A stretch of DNA of 64,000 nucleotides from Octopus sinensis. Taxonomy: Eukaryota. Below, piece by piece: positions 48,858 to 61,229 of the stretch. The notes under the pieces are model-generated. The model saw nothing but the letters and a program-made list of their open reading frames with translations. It searched no databases and was not told the DNA's origin. The number at the start of each line of letters is the position of its first letter. Position 1 is the stretch's first letter. Made by a program: the position numbers and the translations under genes. Location of the stretch: positions 2,418,001 through 2,482,000 of the forward strand of contig NC_043022.1 of assembly GCF_006345805.1 (NCBI RefSeq), given 5' to 3'.

Positions 48858-49038
48858 CTGGTGGAGGCGTACATCAATGCGCATTGTGTAAAGTTCAACT
48901 GGAGAATTTCAGCATGAGTCGTCCAATCTCTTTGACCGATTGTTCAATGTATTCTCTTACTGAAGCAGAGGTGAAGCCTGATATGCGAGTTTGTAATTCA
49001 TGTCGTGCCCGCTCTGTTAAACAGTCGCGCTGTGTGCA
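48858..49038 (+). CDS. NCOR1: NCoR exon, Cys-rich module 1 (HQCALCK...VCNSCRARSVKQSRCV)
   Basis: ttcAG acceptor, GTAAGA donor, 181 nt, phase 1/2. In frame with ORF 48734..49042. Confidence 0.87.
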
Positions 49039-49206
49039 GTAAGATAGTTTTTTTGCCTTTTATTCTTTCTTTCTTTTTAATCTCTCTCTGATAATAAGTT
49101 TGTTTTATGTAGTCAAAAAAGCATCGTTAGTTAATAATTAATCATATATAGGATGCTAATGAAACCTGTTCTTCGTTTCTCTGTTTAAATTCTACAGCCT
49201 AAATGT

Positions 49207-49790
49207 GTGTTGCTGTTTAAAACATCCAATATTATACATTGGCAGAACCATATCCCCAACAAAGATGTCCTCAGGCAAGCAAGAATACCAAGCATGTTTG
49301 CACTCCTCACACAAAGACGTATGAGATGGCTTGGGCATGTTAGCCGTATGAAAGATGGCAGAATCCCCAAGGACATACTCTACGGAGAGCTTGCTAGGGG
49401 AACTAGGTCTATGGGTAGACCGCTCTTACATTACAAGGATGTTTGCAAAAGGGACATGAAGGCCTGCAACATCAATATTAGCAATTGGGAAGCAATTGCC
49501 AGCAACCGTGGAGATTGGCGACGTACCGTAAAAGAGGGAATACAAAGCAGTGACAGAGAGAGAGAGGAGAAATGGAAAGACAAGAAATGACGTCAACAAG
49601 AAACTATGACACTACAACCAGCCAGGAACAGTCTTCGCTACATTTGCGTCACCTGCCAGAAGAGTGTTTGTCCAGGATAGGACTACACAGCCACAGCAGG
49701 AAATGTATCAGGACATGATATATAAAAGCCGGACTAGACTACTTTATGTGCAACTCCATTGTCTCCCGAAACAAAAAGGATGCCAACCCA
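49207..49790 (+). mobile_element. RTE-clade LINE 3' fragment
   Basis: ORF 49207..49590 gives HWQNHIPNKDVLRQARIPSM...QRRMRWLGHVSRMKDGRIPKDILYGEL...GRPLLHYKD, a typical RTE RT C-terminus. A degenerate Cys motif and 3' end follow. Confidence 0.88.
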
Positions 49791-50988
49791 AAAATTATAC
49801 AGTGTAAACCATGCTATCTAGTTTTGTTATTTCTCTAAAAGGACAGATACAGGTTACATATTGCTTAGGTAGAGATTACGAAAGTGTGAAATATACATAT
49901 AGATCACATCATCATCAATTAACATCCACGTTCCATGCTAGCATGGGTGGGGCAGTGCCACTAAAGCCGGCCAAGCCAAAGCCTCCACTGGACTTCTGTG
50001 ACTGTTTTGGCAGGATTTTTGCACCTGGGTGCCTTTCCTAACACCAACCACTCAGCAGATTGGACTTAGTGCTTTTTATGTGACACAAGCACAGGCGAGG
50101 TCAGTTTTGGCAAGGTTTTTACAGCTGGATGCCCTTCCAAACACCAACCACTTTACATTGTGGACCGGGTGCTTTTAAGTGACACCTGCACTGACAGGGT
50201 CACCAAGTACTTGCCAGACAAAACTTTTATGAGGGGAGGAGACACTGGAGGAGGTGGTGGTACATATATACATATAGATTACATATAAGTGTGAAAGCAT
50301 CTTGGGCTTGTGTCTTCTGCTGTAGCCCTTGGTCAATCTTGTGAATGGGTTTGGTAGAGAGAGACTGAATGAAGACCACTGTACATGTGTGTGTGTGACT
50401 TGATATATAATTGTAAACAAGCATCATCATCATCATACATGTGGTGTCCTTCCTTTCTAATCCTCCATGAAAACCTACCCGGCCAAGGAGAAATAACACC
50501 TTACAGGTGTGAAGTGGCAACAGGAAAGCCATCTGGCCACAGGGAAATCTGTGTCAGAGAATTCCTTCCTGCTAACCCATGCAATCATGAAAGTTGGACA
50601 TTAAAGTAACGATGCATCAATACAGGCCTGTATGTGGTTGCTCAACCTGCTAGAAATAGTAGCAAGAAATGTTCTCAGATCACACAACCGACGTACAGTC
50701 TAAAAGGTCATATTGGATAATGTTGTTTCTGATGTACAAAAAAAAAAACAAGATGGTCACAATTGGAATGGATATGATCAAAGGTCTGCTTAGTCAATGA
50801 TGAATATAATATTATAAAAACAGCAATGTAGTATTAGTTTCTTACTAAAAGTTTTACTTGTAGAAATAATGGTGATTATGATTTATCGGCTGAAATGATT
50901 CACTACTTATGTCTTTAAAGCAGCTAGTTTTCCATTGCATTGATTCACGTTTGCTAACCTTGTATCTCTGTTTATTCCTACCTTTCAG

Positions 50989-51104
50989 GTGTCCTGTGCC
51001 TACTTGTAAAATTCCAAAACGGAAAGTAAAACGTCTTTGGCCCCTCTCTGTGAAGTGGTCAGAAATAGCCACTGAAATCAAAGAACCAATACTAATGGAG
51101 ATGC
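50989..51104 (+). CDS. NCOR1: NCoR exon, Cys-rich module 2, first half (CPVPTCKIPKRKVKRLWPLSVKWSEIATEIKEPILMEM)
   Basis: tttcAG acceptor, GTAAGA donor, 116 nt, phase 2/1. In frame with ORF 50909..51157. Confidence 0.87.
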
Positions 51105-52724
51105 GTAAGAGACCTTCACATTCTAATTTGTTTTGTTTTGTGGGGTTTTTTTTATAGGTCCGTGGTTCTCAACAAGGGTCCACATAAGATTTTGTTGTTA
51201 AAACCTACCTGCAATAAATTGGTTATTCTTCTACAATGCAGAAAACGTTACTCTCTCTCTTTTACCCTTTTACTTGTTTCAGTCATTTGACTGCGGCCAT
51301 GCTGGAGCACCGCCTTTAATCGAGCAACTCGACCCTGGGACTTATTCTTTTGTAAGCCCGATACTTATTCTGTCGGTCTCTTTTGCCGAACCGCTAAGTA
51401 ACGGGGACGTAAACACACCAGCATCGGTTGTCAAGCAATGCTCGGGGGACAAACACAAACACACACACATACACATACATATACATATATACGACAGGCT
51501 TCTTTCAGTTTCCGTCTACCAAATCCACTCACAAGGCTTTGGTCGGCCCGAGGCTATAGTAGAAGACACTTGCCCAAGGTGCCACGCAGTGGGACTGAAC
51601 CCGGAACCATGTGGTTGGTAAACAAGCTACTTACCACACAGCCACTCCTGCGCCTATATTGTAATTTTTTTTTAATACAGTTCTTAATATTTAAATATAA
51701 AAATGTAATAGGGTTTTTTCTAAAACATGAAATGGTTATGAGGGTCCAGTAGAATAAAATAAGAACCACAGAGAGTCACTGATTTTGGTCAACAGTTTCT
51801 ACATCTGTTGCTACTGTGAGACACATCATGTTAAACAACCAACAATTCTTCGTTATCTCATATATAGATCTATGTTCTTTCTACTTTATTATTCTGTATT
51901 GATTGAATTTTTGCTGCTAATATGATATGCAAATCAGTTCTTACAACCGTTTCCTGTTGGCTGGTGAAAGTAGACTATGTGTGTTGTGTCATCTAAAATG
52001 AGGAGAATTCTGGAAGTACCTCACTTTCAAAAATGGATTCATTTAGTTTCCATGTCTCAAGCAAACATGCACAAACCAACATATTGGGTTCTCAGACAAT
52101 AAGAGTTAAGCCCTCTCAGACCTGGGCCCCTGTATTTTCCTTTAGCCTCCACCTGCGCTCCTGAACAAAAAAGAAAAATAGTTTCATTCACAGCTTAACC
52201 CTCTCATTACTATATTTCTCTTAAGATGTTCTGTGTTTCTTTCAATTGGTTTTAAATATAACAAAGAATTTAGTAAAATAACTTTGTTATCATTCAGCTA
52301 GTATTAGGAACATAAATTGTGACTAAGGATTGGTGGAAGATTTTAATTCAGAACTTTTGAAAGCAAGACATTTGAACTACAGAGCCAAAGGTGATTTCAG
52401 CTGGGTTTGTATCGAAAGGGTTAATTTACAGATTTTGTTTCACATAGTTGTTTGACTTGTTAGAAATAGCAGCCAAATCTTGTGCAAATTGAAGTTGACT
52501 GACTGTCTTTAGCCCTTTTGTTACCATATTTCTGTTGAGATGTTCTGTGTTTCTTTCAGTTAATTTTAAATATAACAAAGAATTTAGTAAAATAACTTCG
52601 TTATCATTAAGCTAGTGTTAGGAACCTAAATTGTGACTAAGGTTTGGCGGAAGGTTTTAATGAAAAACTTATGAAAACAAGACATTTTACTTATCTAATT
52701 GTGTCATTGTTTTTGTCTTTTCAG

Positions 52725-52844
52725 AAATCTCTGAAGATATTTCCCGCTGCTGTTCTGCTTGTTTTAATAGAATTGCTCGACAACTCGGTACAAACCCTCA
52801 AACCAATGAGCCATTAGTTCCTTTAGTACCTGAAAATAATGATG
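52725..52844 (+). CDS. NCOR1: NCoR exon, Cys-rich module 2, second half (ISEDISRCCSACFNRIARQLGTNPQTNEPLVPLVPENND)
   Basis: tttcAG acceptor, GTAAAT donor, 120 nt, phase 1/1, open frame. Confidence 0.87.
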
Positions 52845-53223
52845 GTAAATAATATAGATTCGTATATTTTCTTTTTAATATATTCCGTGGAACCTCAGTT
52901 TATGGATTTTATTCGATCCTGCAACCCTTTTCGTTACCCCAAATCTTTGTAAACTGAAACCATTTCCCATGGGAAATTCAAGAGAAAGCACCGTGGATTC
53001 AAACAGCAATGAGCAAACTGATACTCTCTAGTTGATACTCCCTGCTTGTTGCTAACTCTTGTTGCCAGCCTCGGTGTCCATTTCTCGAGATGCTATTCAT
53101 CAACTTAAGACGTTTTATGTTTGAAAAAATTGTTTTTAAACTGATTTGCTCATGATGAGGGGCATTCGCAAACTGAGGTTCCTTCTGCTGTATTTAAAAG
53201 TTTTTAATCAATTATTTAATAAT

Positions 53224-53565
53224 AGTAAAGATTGTTAGTCAACATAACATGGCTGTCCTGGTTTAGGACAAATGTTGCTGTAATTTAGCCCCAGGAGACA
53301 CCATCTCCAGCTGGCTATACAACACAATCTGTGTTCTTATATTTTAATCTGAATTATTTGTTTCCCCACTTCTTAATATCCTTTCCCCCTCAGTTCATGA
53401 ACAAACAAAGAAGACTCTCCCAAGTTGCTCTACCGTCTACAAAACAAACAAAAAAAGACACATCGTGTAGTATAGTCAGCTGGAGACGGTGTCTCCTGGG
53501 ACTAAATTACTGTAACAATCGTCCTAAACAGCACTGCCATGTTATGTTGGCAAACAATCTTTACT
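53224..53565. mobile_element. Element with about 110-bp imperfect terminal inverted repeats
   Basis: agtaaagattgttagtcaacataacatggctgtcc... pairs with ...gcactgccatgttatgttggcaaacaatctttact. Confidence 0.7.
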
Positions 53566-55406
53566 CCAAAGTACTGTTGCTGAATATCTCACGTTGTGAG
53601 ATGAAAAACTAGTAAATTTCTTATGTAATAATAGTCAACCTATTGCGTCCAGTCTTTTCTTCTATGTTTTATGTTTTATGTTTGAAAAGTTGTTTGTAAA
53701 CTGATTTGTTCATGATGAGAGTTGTTCGCAAACTGAGGTTCTTTTTGCTGCATTTAAAAGTTTTTAGTCAAGTATTGAGTGACAGTTAACCTATTGCGCC
53801 CTGTCCCTTTTTCTACTCTTCAGCTATAAGGTGCACTTTTGGGCCTTACCCTTGCAAGTAACAAGACAACCATGACTAGAGCTGGTGCCACACAGAAGGT
53901 GCTCAGTATTTTTTGCAGAGGGCATTTACTCAAAGAAACCATTCCAAGGGAGATATTGTAGTAAGAAGTAAACCCCTCCAGGTCATCAGGCCCTGTCAGG
54001 CCCATGCTAGCATGGAAGTCTGCTGTTGCTCTGATCCTTTGCTGATTCTTCCCATTTTCTTTAATCTCTCAGGAATTCTTTCAGGATAGTTTCACATTGG
54101 TTTCTTAAAGCACAGCTTTGGATGTCCTATGCTCTTTCTATCTACTAGTTCTCCATACAACACTTACTCAGCGATTCTGGAGTCATCCATTTGTGTAACA
54201 TGTCTGAGACCTTTGGCATTATGCCGTGCTTGAAAAGACCCATCAGGCCAAGTAAAATCACAGTTGTAGCAGATAATAGTGTCATGCAAATTGGCACCTG
54301 TGCTGGTGGCACATAAAAGCACCCGTTACACTCTCAGAGTGGTTGGCGTTAGGAAGGGTATCCGGTTGCAGAAACCATGCCAAATCAGACTGTAGCCTGG
54401 TGTAGCCTACCAGCTTGCCAGCCCTGGTTAAAGCATACCAGCATGGACAACGGGTGCTAAATGGTGATGATGATGTTCTAGCCATCTGTGTTTGGGGTAG
54501 AGTGATGGTGCATCTGCTCTGAGCACTTCTGTGTGAGGAATGTTTTCTTAGCATCTGAGAATCTTCCTCAAACTGCACATAGGGATCATTGTCATCATCG
54601 TCATCATTTAACATCCACCTTCCAAGTTGACATGGATTGAGCAGTTTGACAAGAGGGGGCAAGATGGAGGGCTGATACCAAGTTCTGTTGTTTGTTTCGA
54701 CACAGTTTCTATGACTGGATGCCTTTCCTAATGGCAACCACTTCGCAGAGCATACTGGGTGCTTTCTTTCATGGCACCAGCACCAAAGGGATCACCAAGT
54801 CCCCTCAACTGCTGGGAAGTGGGAGTAGTATAGTGGAAGACGGCTTTGTGCCAGTTGATGAGGGGTTAAAAGAATAATAGCAGGGAAAGAGACAGGTGTC
54901 TTGCTGTAGAAAAGATACAAGGACCCCTCCCCCAGTTGGAGAAGAAAGGTGAGAAAGATAGAGATGGAGAGTGTGGGAGAGATGGTGGGGAAGGCAAGGT
55001 CAGTGTTGGCAGGGTTTTTACAGCTGGTTACCCTTCCTAACACCAACCCCTTTACAGTGTGAACTCAATGCTTTTTACATGGCACCAGCACAGGCAAGAT
55101 CAGTTTTGATGTGATTCTCACAGCTGGCTGCCCTTACAAATGCCAACCACTTTACAGTATGGGCTGGATGCTTTTTTTTACACGGTACCAGCATAGGCAG
55201 GGTTACCGAGCAACTCTCAGGAGAGGGCATTCGAGGAGGGGGGGAACTTGTGTCAGAGGATGAAAGGTTTGAGTGTGACAGAGATTTGGGTTGATTTGTA
55301 TAATTTAATAGTAGAAACCAATAATGCAACTAAAGCTGGTTATACCTTTTTCTCTGATAACTCCCATTTCAAGCGAGCCACGTGGTGTCTCTTGATATGT
55401 TTTCAG

Positions 55407-55460
55407 ATGGTGTTGAAACGTCAAGATGGACAGAAGAAGAAATGGAAGTTGCCAAACAAG
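55407..55460 (+). CDS. NCOR1: NCoR exon, start of SANT2 (DGVETSRWTEEEMEVAKQ)
   Basis: tttcAG acceptor, GTTTGT donor, 54 nt, phase 1/1. Near-identical to NCOR1 VETSRWTEEEMEVAKKG. Confidence 0.96.
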
Positions 55461-56168
55461 GTTTGTTCAGTTTTACATCTATTTTGCTATGCTAGCATGG
55501 GTTAGGTGCATACATATTATCGAGCTGGAGGCTCTTTCCTGTTGAATATACTCTTTACTCTTTACTCTTTTACTTGTTTCAGTCATTTGATTGCGGCCAT
55601 GCTGGAGCACCGCCTTTAGTCGAGCAAATCGACCCCGGGACTTATTCTTTGTAAGCCCAGTACTTATTCTATCGGTCTCTTTTGCCGAACCGCTAAGTGA
55701 CGGGGACGTAAACACACCAGCATCGGTTGTCAAGCAATGCTAGAGGGACAAACACACACACATACATATATATACACACATATATACGACGGGCTTCTTT
55801 CAGTTTCCGTCTGCCAAATCCACTCACAAGGCATTGGTTGGCCCGGGGCTATAGCAGAAGACACTTGCCCAAGATGCCACGCAGTGGGACTGAACCTCGA
55901 ACCATGTGGTTGGTAAGCAAGCTTCTTACCACACAGCCACTCCTGCGCCTATTTATTTATTTTCTGTGGTCATTAGTCGCATAGGTCATAAGTCGAGGAG
56001 AGCGTGTAATGTTATTTTTGTTTTTGTTATGATTTATCATTTCTGGTTTTAACTTTCTAACATTTCATAAATTCCACTTGAATATTGCTAAAACTGCATC
56101 TTGTCAGAATCATTTGTACGGGGAGACATTGAAACCGTTTTTTTTTTTTGTTCCCTTCTTGTTCCCAG

Positions 56169-56311
56169 GTCTAAGAGAACATGGTAGAGATTGGGTTGCT
56201 ATTGCCAACCTAGTTGGAACGAAAACGGAGGCCCAGTGTAAGAATTTCTATTTCAACTATAAGCGGAAATTGAAATTGGAACTCATTTTGCAAGAACACC
56301 ATAAAGAAAAG
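56169..56311 (+). CDS. NCOR1: NCoR exon, SANT2 ([48 protein letters not shown])
   Basis: cccAG acceptor, GTAATC donor, 143 nt, phase 1/0. Matches NCOR1 [34 protein letters not shown]. Confidence 0.97.
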
Positions 56312-56939
56312 GTAATCGTTTGTTAAATATGTTTCTTTTGGGAGAAGGCTTTAATTAAATTTGTTTTTGTGTTTGGTTTGCAAGATTCTTGATGTGAATT
56401 CTTGTGCTGAAATAAATCATGTGGAGTCTTGAGAAGGCTGTTACACCAATAATAATAAGACTTAACCAATTGTTTAATAATGAAGTGATATTGAGCCAGT
56501 GTGTGTGTTGTTATTGGCATAATGACCCTCTCAAGAGCCAACGAGATTTAAATTTATTTTGCATATACATGTACTCTTATTCTCACACATAAATTATAAC
56601 TCAATCACTCTACATACACTCACACTCTGACATGCATGTATTTTTACTCAATCTCCTTCATGCCGTCTCACTCTGTGCTCTCACTCACACTCATTCAGTG
56701 TCTTTCTCACACTCGGTGAGAAATGTGGTGGTTAGATGCCCACTCGTACACAGACTTATTCAGTGACAATAGTCTTATACACGTCTGCCTTTTCCATCAC
56801 TCTTCCAATTCCCTCTCTCTTCTCTCCCTCCTCTCCTCTCTCCCTCCTCACCTCTTTCTCTCCTTCCCTCTTTTCGTTCACTCCTATACTACAACAACAA
56901 TAAATCTTCCTATAATAAATTCTTTACCAATCATCAGTT

Positions 56940-57472
56940 ATTATTTTGTCTCCTGAATTATTGTCTCCAGAATTATTTTGTCCTCTAAATTATTGTTTGT
57001 CTCCTGAATTATTGTCCCCTAAATTATTATTTTATCTCCTGAATTATTGTCTCCTGAATTATTTTGTCCCCTAAATTATTGTTTGTCTCCTGAATTATTG
57101 TCCCCTAAATTATTATTTTATCTCCTGAATTATTGTCCCCTAGATTATTATTTTATCTCCTGAATTATTATCCCCTAAACTGTCTCCTGAATTATTTTGT
57201 CCCCTAAATTATTATTTTGTCTCCTGAATTATTGTCCCCTAAATTATTATCTTATCTCCTGAATTATTATCCCCTAAATTGTCTCCTGAATTATTTTGTC
57301 CCCTAAATTGTCTCCTGAATTATTTTGTCCCCTAAATTGTCTCCTGAATTATTTTGTCCCCTAAATTGTCTCCTGAATTATTTTGTTCCCTAAATAATTT
57401 TTTTGTCTCCTGAATTATTGTCCCCTAAATTATTATTTTGTCTCCTGAATCATTATTTGTCCCCTGAATTAT
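56940..57472. repeat. AT-rich minisatellite of alternating TGTCTCCTGAATTATT / TGTCCCCTAAATTATT monomers
   Basis: About 530 bp of visible tandem units ending about 25 nt before the 57499 acceptor. Confidence 0.93.
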
Positions 57473-57498
57473 TATAGTGTCTCTGTGTTTTTGTCCAG

Positions 57499-57676
57499 CA
57501 GTCAGGAAGTACAAGGACGAGAACAACTTCATTCGCTTCCACAGCAACCCATTCAGAGGAGGAGGATGTCTCAACTAGTGGTGAAGAAAACCCTGACGAT
57601 GATTCTGATACAGCCAGTGCCCCCAGCCCCGCTCCCATACCACAGCCTCAAGATCCTGCTCTGATGAAGCATCCGG
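57499..57676 (+). CDS. NCOR1: NCoR exon, acidic Ser/Pro-rich (QSGSTRTRTTSFASTATHSEEEDVSTSGEENPDDDSDTASAPSPAP...KHP)
   Basis: CAG/CAG tandem acceptor, GTACTT donor, 178 nt, phase 0/1. The SDTASAPSP stretch resembles the post-SANT2 region of NCoR. Confidence 0.85.
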
Positions 57677-58045
57677 GTACTTTACGCATTTTCACACTAA
57701 TTACTCTACTTCATTATCATTTAACACTTTTACTACCACCAGTGGTACATTTTCATAATTTGAGAAAATAATTTATTCTGTGTCTTTGACTGCATAGTGA
57801 AGGCACACGGCTCAGTGGTTACAGCATCGGGCTCTCAATCATGAGGTAGTGAGTTCGATTCCCGCCCAGTCTGTGTGTTGTGGTGTTCTTGAGCAAGACA
57901 CTTTATTTCACATTGTTCCAGTTCACTCAGCTGTACAAGTTGTGATGTCTCTGGCGCCAAGCTGTATCGGTCCTTTTGCCTTTCCCTTTCCGATGTATAG
58001 GTATATTGGACAGACATGGTCAGTTTAAATGCTTTTGGATTAAGA

Positions 58046-58326
58046 CAGTAGTTCCCAAAGTGGGCAGTACTGCGCCCTTGGGGTGGTGGAAAGTTCCAGG
58101 GAGTGTTGAAGAAAAGTAGGATGATAATAAGGTGGCCAAAATGGGGTGATAGATGCAAAAAAAAATATTAATAGGTTAATTAGGATTAAGTTTTATTTGT
58201 GAAATACAGTTGTTTTAGATTTGCTGCAGAAAGTGGTCGATATTGATGGTGGGGAGGGTGGGGTTCGCTAGGAATGTGGCCTGGGTGCCAAGGGGACAGC
58301 AGCCTGAAAATGTTTGGGAACTACTG
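58046..58326. mobile_element. hAT-type MITE, same family as 21001
   Basis: TIRs CAGTAGTTCCCAAA / TTTGGGAACTACTG, 8-bp TSD gattaaga / gattaagg. Confidence 0.85.
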
Positions 58327-58854
58327 GATTAAGGTTTTAACTCAGTAATCTAATTTAGGATGATTTTGTTCATCATGTACAAGTACATGTGTATTCCTCA
58401 TTATTTTATTTCTTTTATTCGATCAATCAATGGAAATTGTAGCTGTGATATCAGTGCCGGTGGCACATAAGAGAACCATCCGAACGTGCCCATTGCCAGC
58501 ACCGCCCTGACTGGCCTCCACGCCGGTGGCACATAAAAAGCACCATCCGATCATGGCCGTTTGCCAGCCTCGTCTGGCACGTAAAAAGCACCCACTACAC
58601 TCACGGAGTGGTTGGCGTTAGGAAGGGCATCCAGCCATAGAAACATTGCCAGATCAGACTGGGCCTGGTGCAGCCTTCTGGCTTCCCAGACCCCAGTTGA
58701 ACCGTCCAACCCATGCTAGCATGGAAAGCGGACGCTAAACGATGATGATGATGATGATGATGACATCTTGTGAACTTTTTGGAATTGATTTTGTTTAAAT
58801 TGCTTGGTGAAATTCCAGTTTTGTTTTAAAACCTGTTCCTTTTTTGTATTGCAG

Positions 58855-59607
58855 CCGAACAAAAAGACGAAAAGCTTACAGAAGCTGAGAATCAAGATAG
58901 GACACCTTGTCCTGATAATGCAGAATTGCAACCAGTTCTGGGACAAGACAATAATTTAACGAGCAACAAGCCATTAAGTGATTCTCAAAGCAGTCTCCGT
59001 AGCATTGCTGATAACGACAGCAGTGCTACAATGAGTGCTGATGAAAGTTCACACCAGGATCCAGGTGCTCTTCCTATTTCTACTCCAGCAGCTTCCATTT
59101 CAAGGACTGATACCCCGACATTGATCACTGAGCGACCAATGTCGAGTAATATGGTACCAGTTTCCGTTAGTTACAGCTTACCTGTGGTACAACATCAAGA
59201 GCAAACCCTGTTAAAGGAGCCACGCCCTGCATCAGAAGGAGTCGATTTGTCACACAGTCGCGGATTCTCTCCGTTTCGCTTCTCGTCACAACAGTCACCT
59301 CACCGACCTGCAAGCGCTGTGTCCGAACCGGGGCGGTCGGTCAGCTCGCCTCGCCCAAAATCGGCCGGACCAGCATCTGTGGAGAAAATATTTCCCGGCA
59401 GCAGCAGTTACATAAGCATACACCAAGATCAGGAGCAGTTAGTGTTTCGTGAGAGTGGCAATGTTGGTGTTACGAATAGTAACCTTCCTGCCAATTGCAA
59501 CCAACAGGACACAAAGAAGCAAAAACCAGCCTGTGTGAGGGATCTCATTCACTCAGCTATTGAACGGAACTTAAGCCGTGGAGAGAATAGTGGTGATACA
59601 ATAAATA
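58855..59607 (+). CDS. NCOR1: NCoR exon, Ser-rich (includes DNDSSATMSADE and VRDLIHSAIERNL)
   Basis: ttgcAG acceptor, GTATGT donor, 753 nt, phase 1/1. Contains ORF 58926..59615. NDSSATMSADE resembles the NCoR/SMRT DSSATCSADE motif. Confidence 0.9.
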
Positions 59608-60995
59608 GTATGTAGCCCTTTTAATCTCTATTCCTTTGTTCTAAGTATTGTTTTAAGGCCCTTTTTTCTCATTTTATTAACACTTTCATATTTCTAATTA
59701 AATACACACACCCTTGTGAGTACCACTTGACTTTCAAAGTGATTTGGAGGGATTGAGCAGTTTGGTGAAGGCATGTGGCCTAGTGGTTGAGGGTATTGCA
59801 CTCACGATCACAAGATTGTGGGTTCAATTCTGGGACCAAGTAATGTATTTTGTTCTTGAGCAAAGCATTTCATTTCATGTTGCTCCAGTTCACTTACCCG
59901 TAAACAGGGTCACCCTGTGACAGACTGGCCTTCTGATCAATGTTGGCCTGCTCAGCCAGCCAGCCAGCAGAGTGGTATCGTTCAAAACCTAAAACAATGC
60001 AAAGCACACTGTGACCAGCGATGTATAACAACATCTAGTGGAGACGCAATGGCCCAGTGGTTAGGGCAGCGGACTCGCGGTCATAGGATCGCGGTTTCGA
60101 TTCCCAGACCGGGCGTTGTGAGTGTTTATTGAGCGAAAACACCTAAATGCCCCACGAGGCTCCGGCAGGGAATGGTGGTGATCCCTGCTGTACTCTTTCA
60201 CCACAACTTTCTCTCACTCTTACTTCCTGTTTCTGTTGCACCTGTATTTCAAGGGGCCGGCCTTGTCACTCTCTGTGTCACGCTGAATATCCCCGAGAAC
60301 TACGTTAAGGGTACACGTGTCTGTGGAGTGCTCAGCCACTTACACGTTAATTTCACGAGCAGGCTGTTTCGTTGATCGGATCAACCGGAACACTCGTCAT
60401 CGTAACCGACGGAGTGCTTCCATAACAAATAGTCTGGTCAGTCATGTGATTTTAGTTCTTTCACATTATTAATCTGCTGTTTGGGACATACCTGAAACTT
60501 TTTTTGCTGCATTTCTAGTGAAATACACATTCCTTGCTTCAGTTAATGAAGAATTCACAAAAATAAATTTGTCGTTAATAAGCTGGTGTTTGGAACATAA
60601 ATTAACATGAAATTTTGGTGGAAGGTTTTGATATTTAATCCCTTTATTTCTGTTGAAATCCACTGCCTTTGTTTCAGTTAATTAATTTTGAAAATAACAA
60701 AGAATTTAGTAAAATAACTTTAGGATAATTAAGCTGGTATTTGGAGCTTAACCAAATTTCGATGGGAGATTTTAATTCCAATCATGTTGACCCCTTTGTT
60801 ACCATAGTTCTGTTGAAATACTCTATTTGTTTCAATTATTGTTGAATCAAATTTCACCAAGGTTAACTCGGCCTTTCATCCTTTCAGGGTTGATACAATA
60901 AGCACCAATCAATCAAGTAGATCTTTTTCTTTCCAAATTGCTGTCCTTGGTATCTACTAAATATGAAACCATTATGATTATTATTATTGTAATAA

Positions 60996-61229
60996 GCACC
61001 AAGCGACGAGCTGGTAGAAACGTTAGCACGCCAGGCGAAATGCTTAACGGTATTTCGTCTGTCGTTACGTTGTGAGTTCAAATTCCGCCGAGGTCGACTT
61101 TGCCTTTCATCCTTTCGGGGTCGATAAATTAAGTACCAGTTACGCACTGGGGTCGATGTAATCGGCTTAATACCTATGTCTGTCCTTGTTTGTCCCCTCT
61201 GTGTTTAGCCCCTTGTGGGTAATAAAGAA
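60996..61229 (+). mobile_element. tRNA-derived SINE family B (representative copy)
   Basis: A/B-box-like head (CTGGTAGAAACGTTAG, GAGTTCAAATTCC) and central GTCGACTTTGCCTTTCATCCTTTCGGGGTCGATAAATTAAGTACC. Copies at about 5666-5896 (-), 9431-9664 (-), 27283-27690 (+, tandem) and 38490-38708 (-). Confidence 0.85.

Noticed and set aside
53148-53185. CATGATGA...CAAACTGAGGTT as a hammerhead (also near 53710)
   Set aside because: Core is wrong on both sides and there are no pairing stems.
58926-59615. 229-aa ORF as a standalone gene
   Set aside because: It starts at TTG inside an exon bounded by a good acceptor (58854) and donor (59608) that fit the NCoR frame. ORFs 43689, 48734, 50909 and 56078 are likewise exon-containing.
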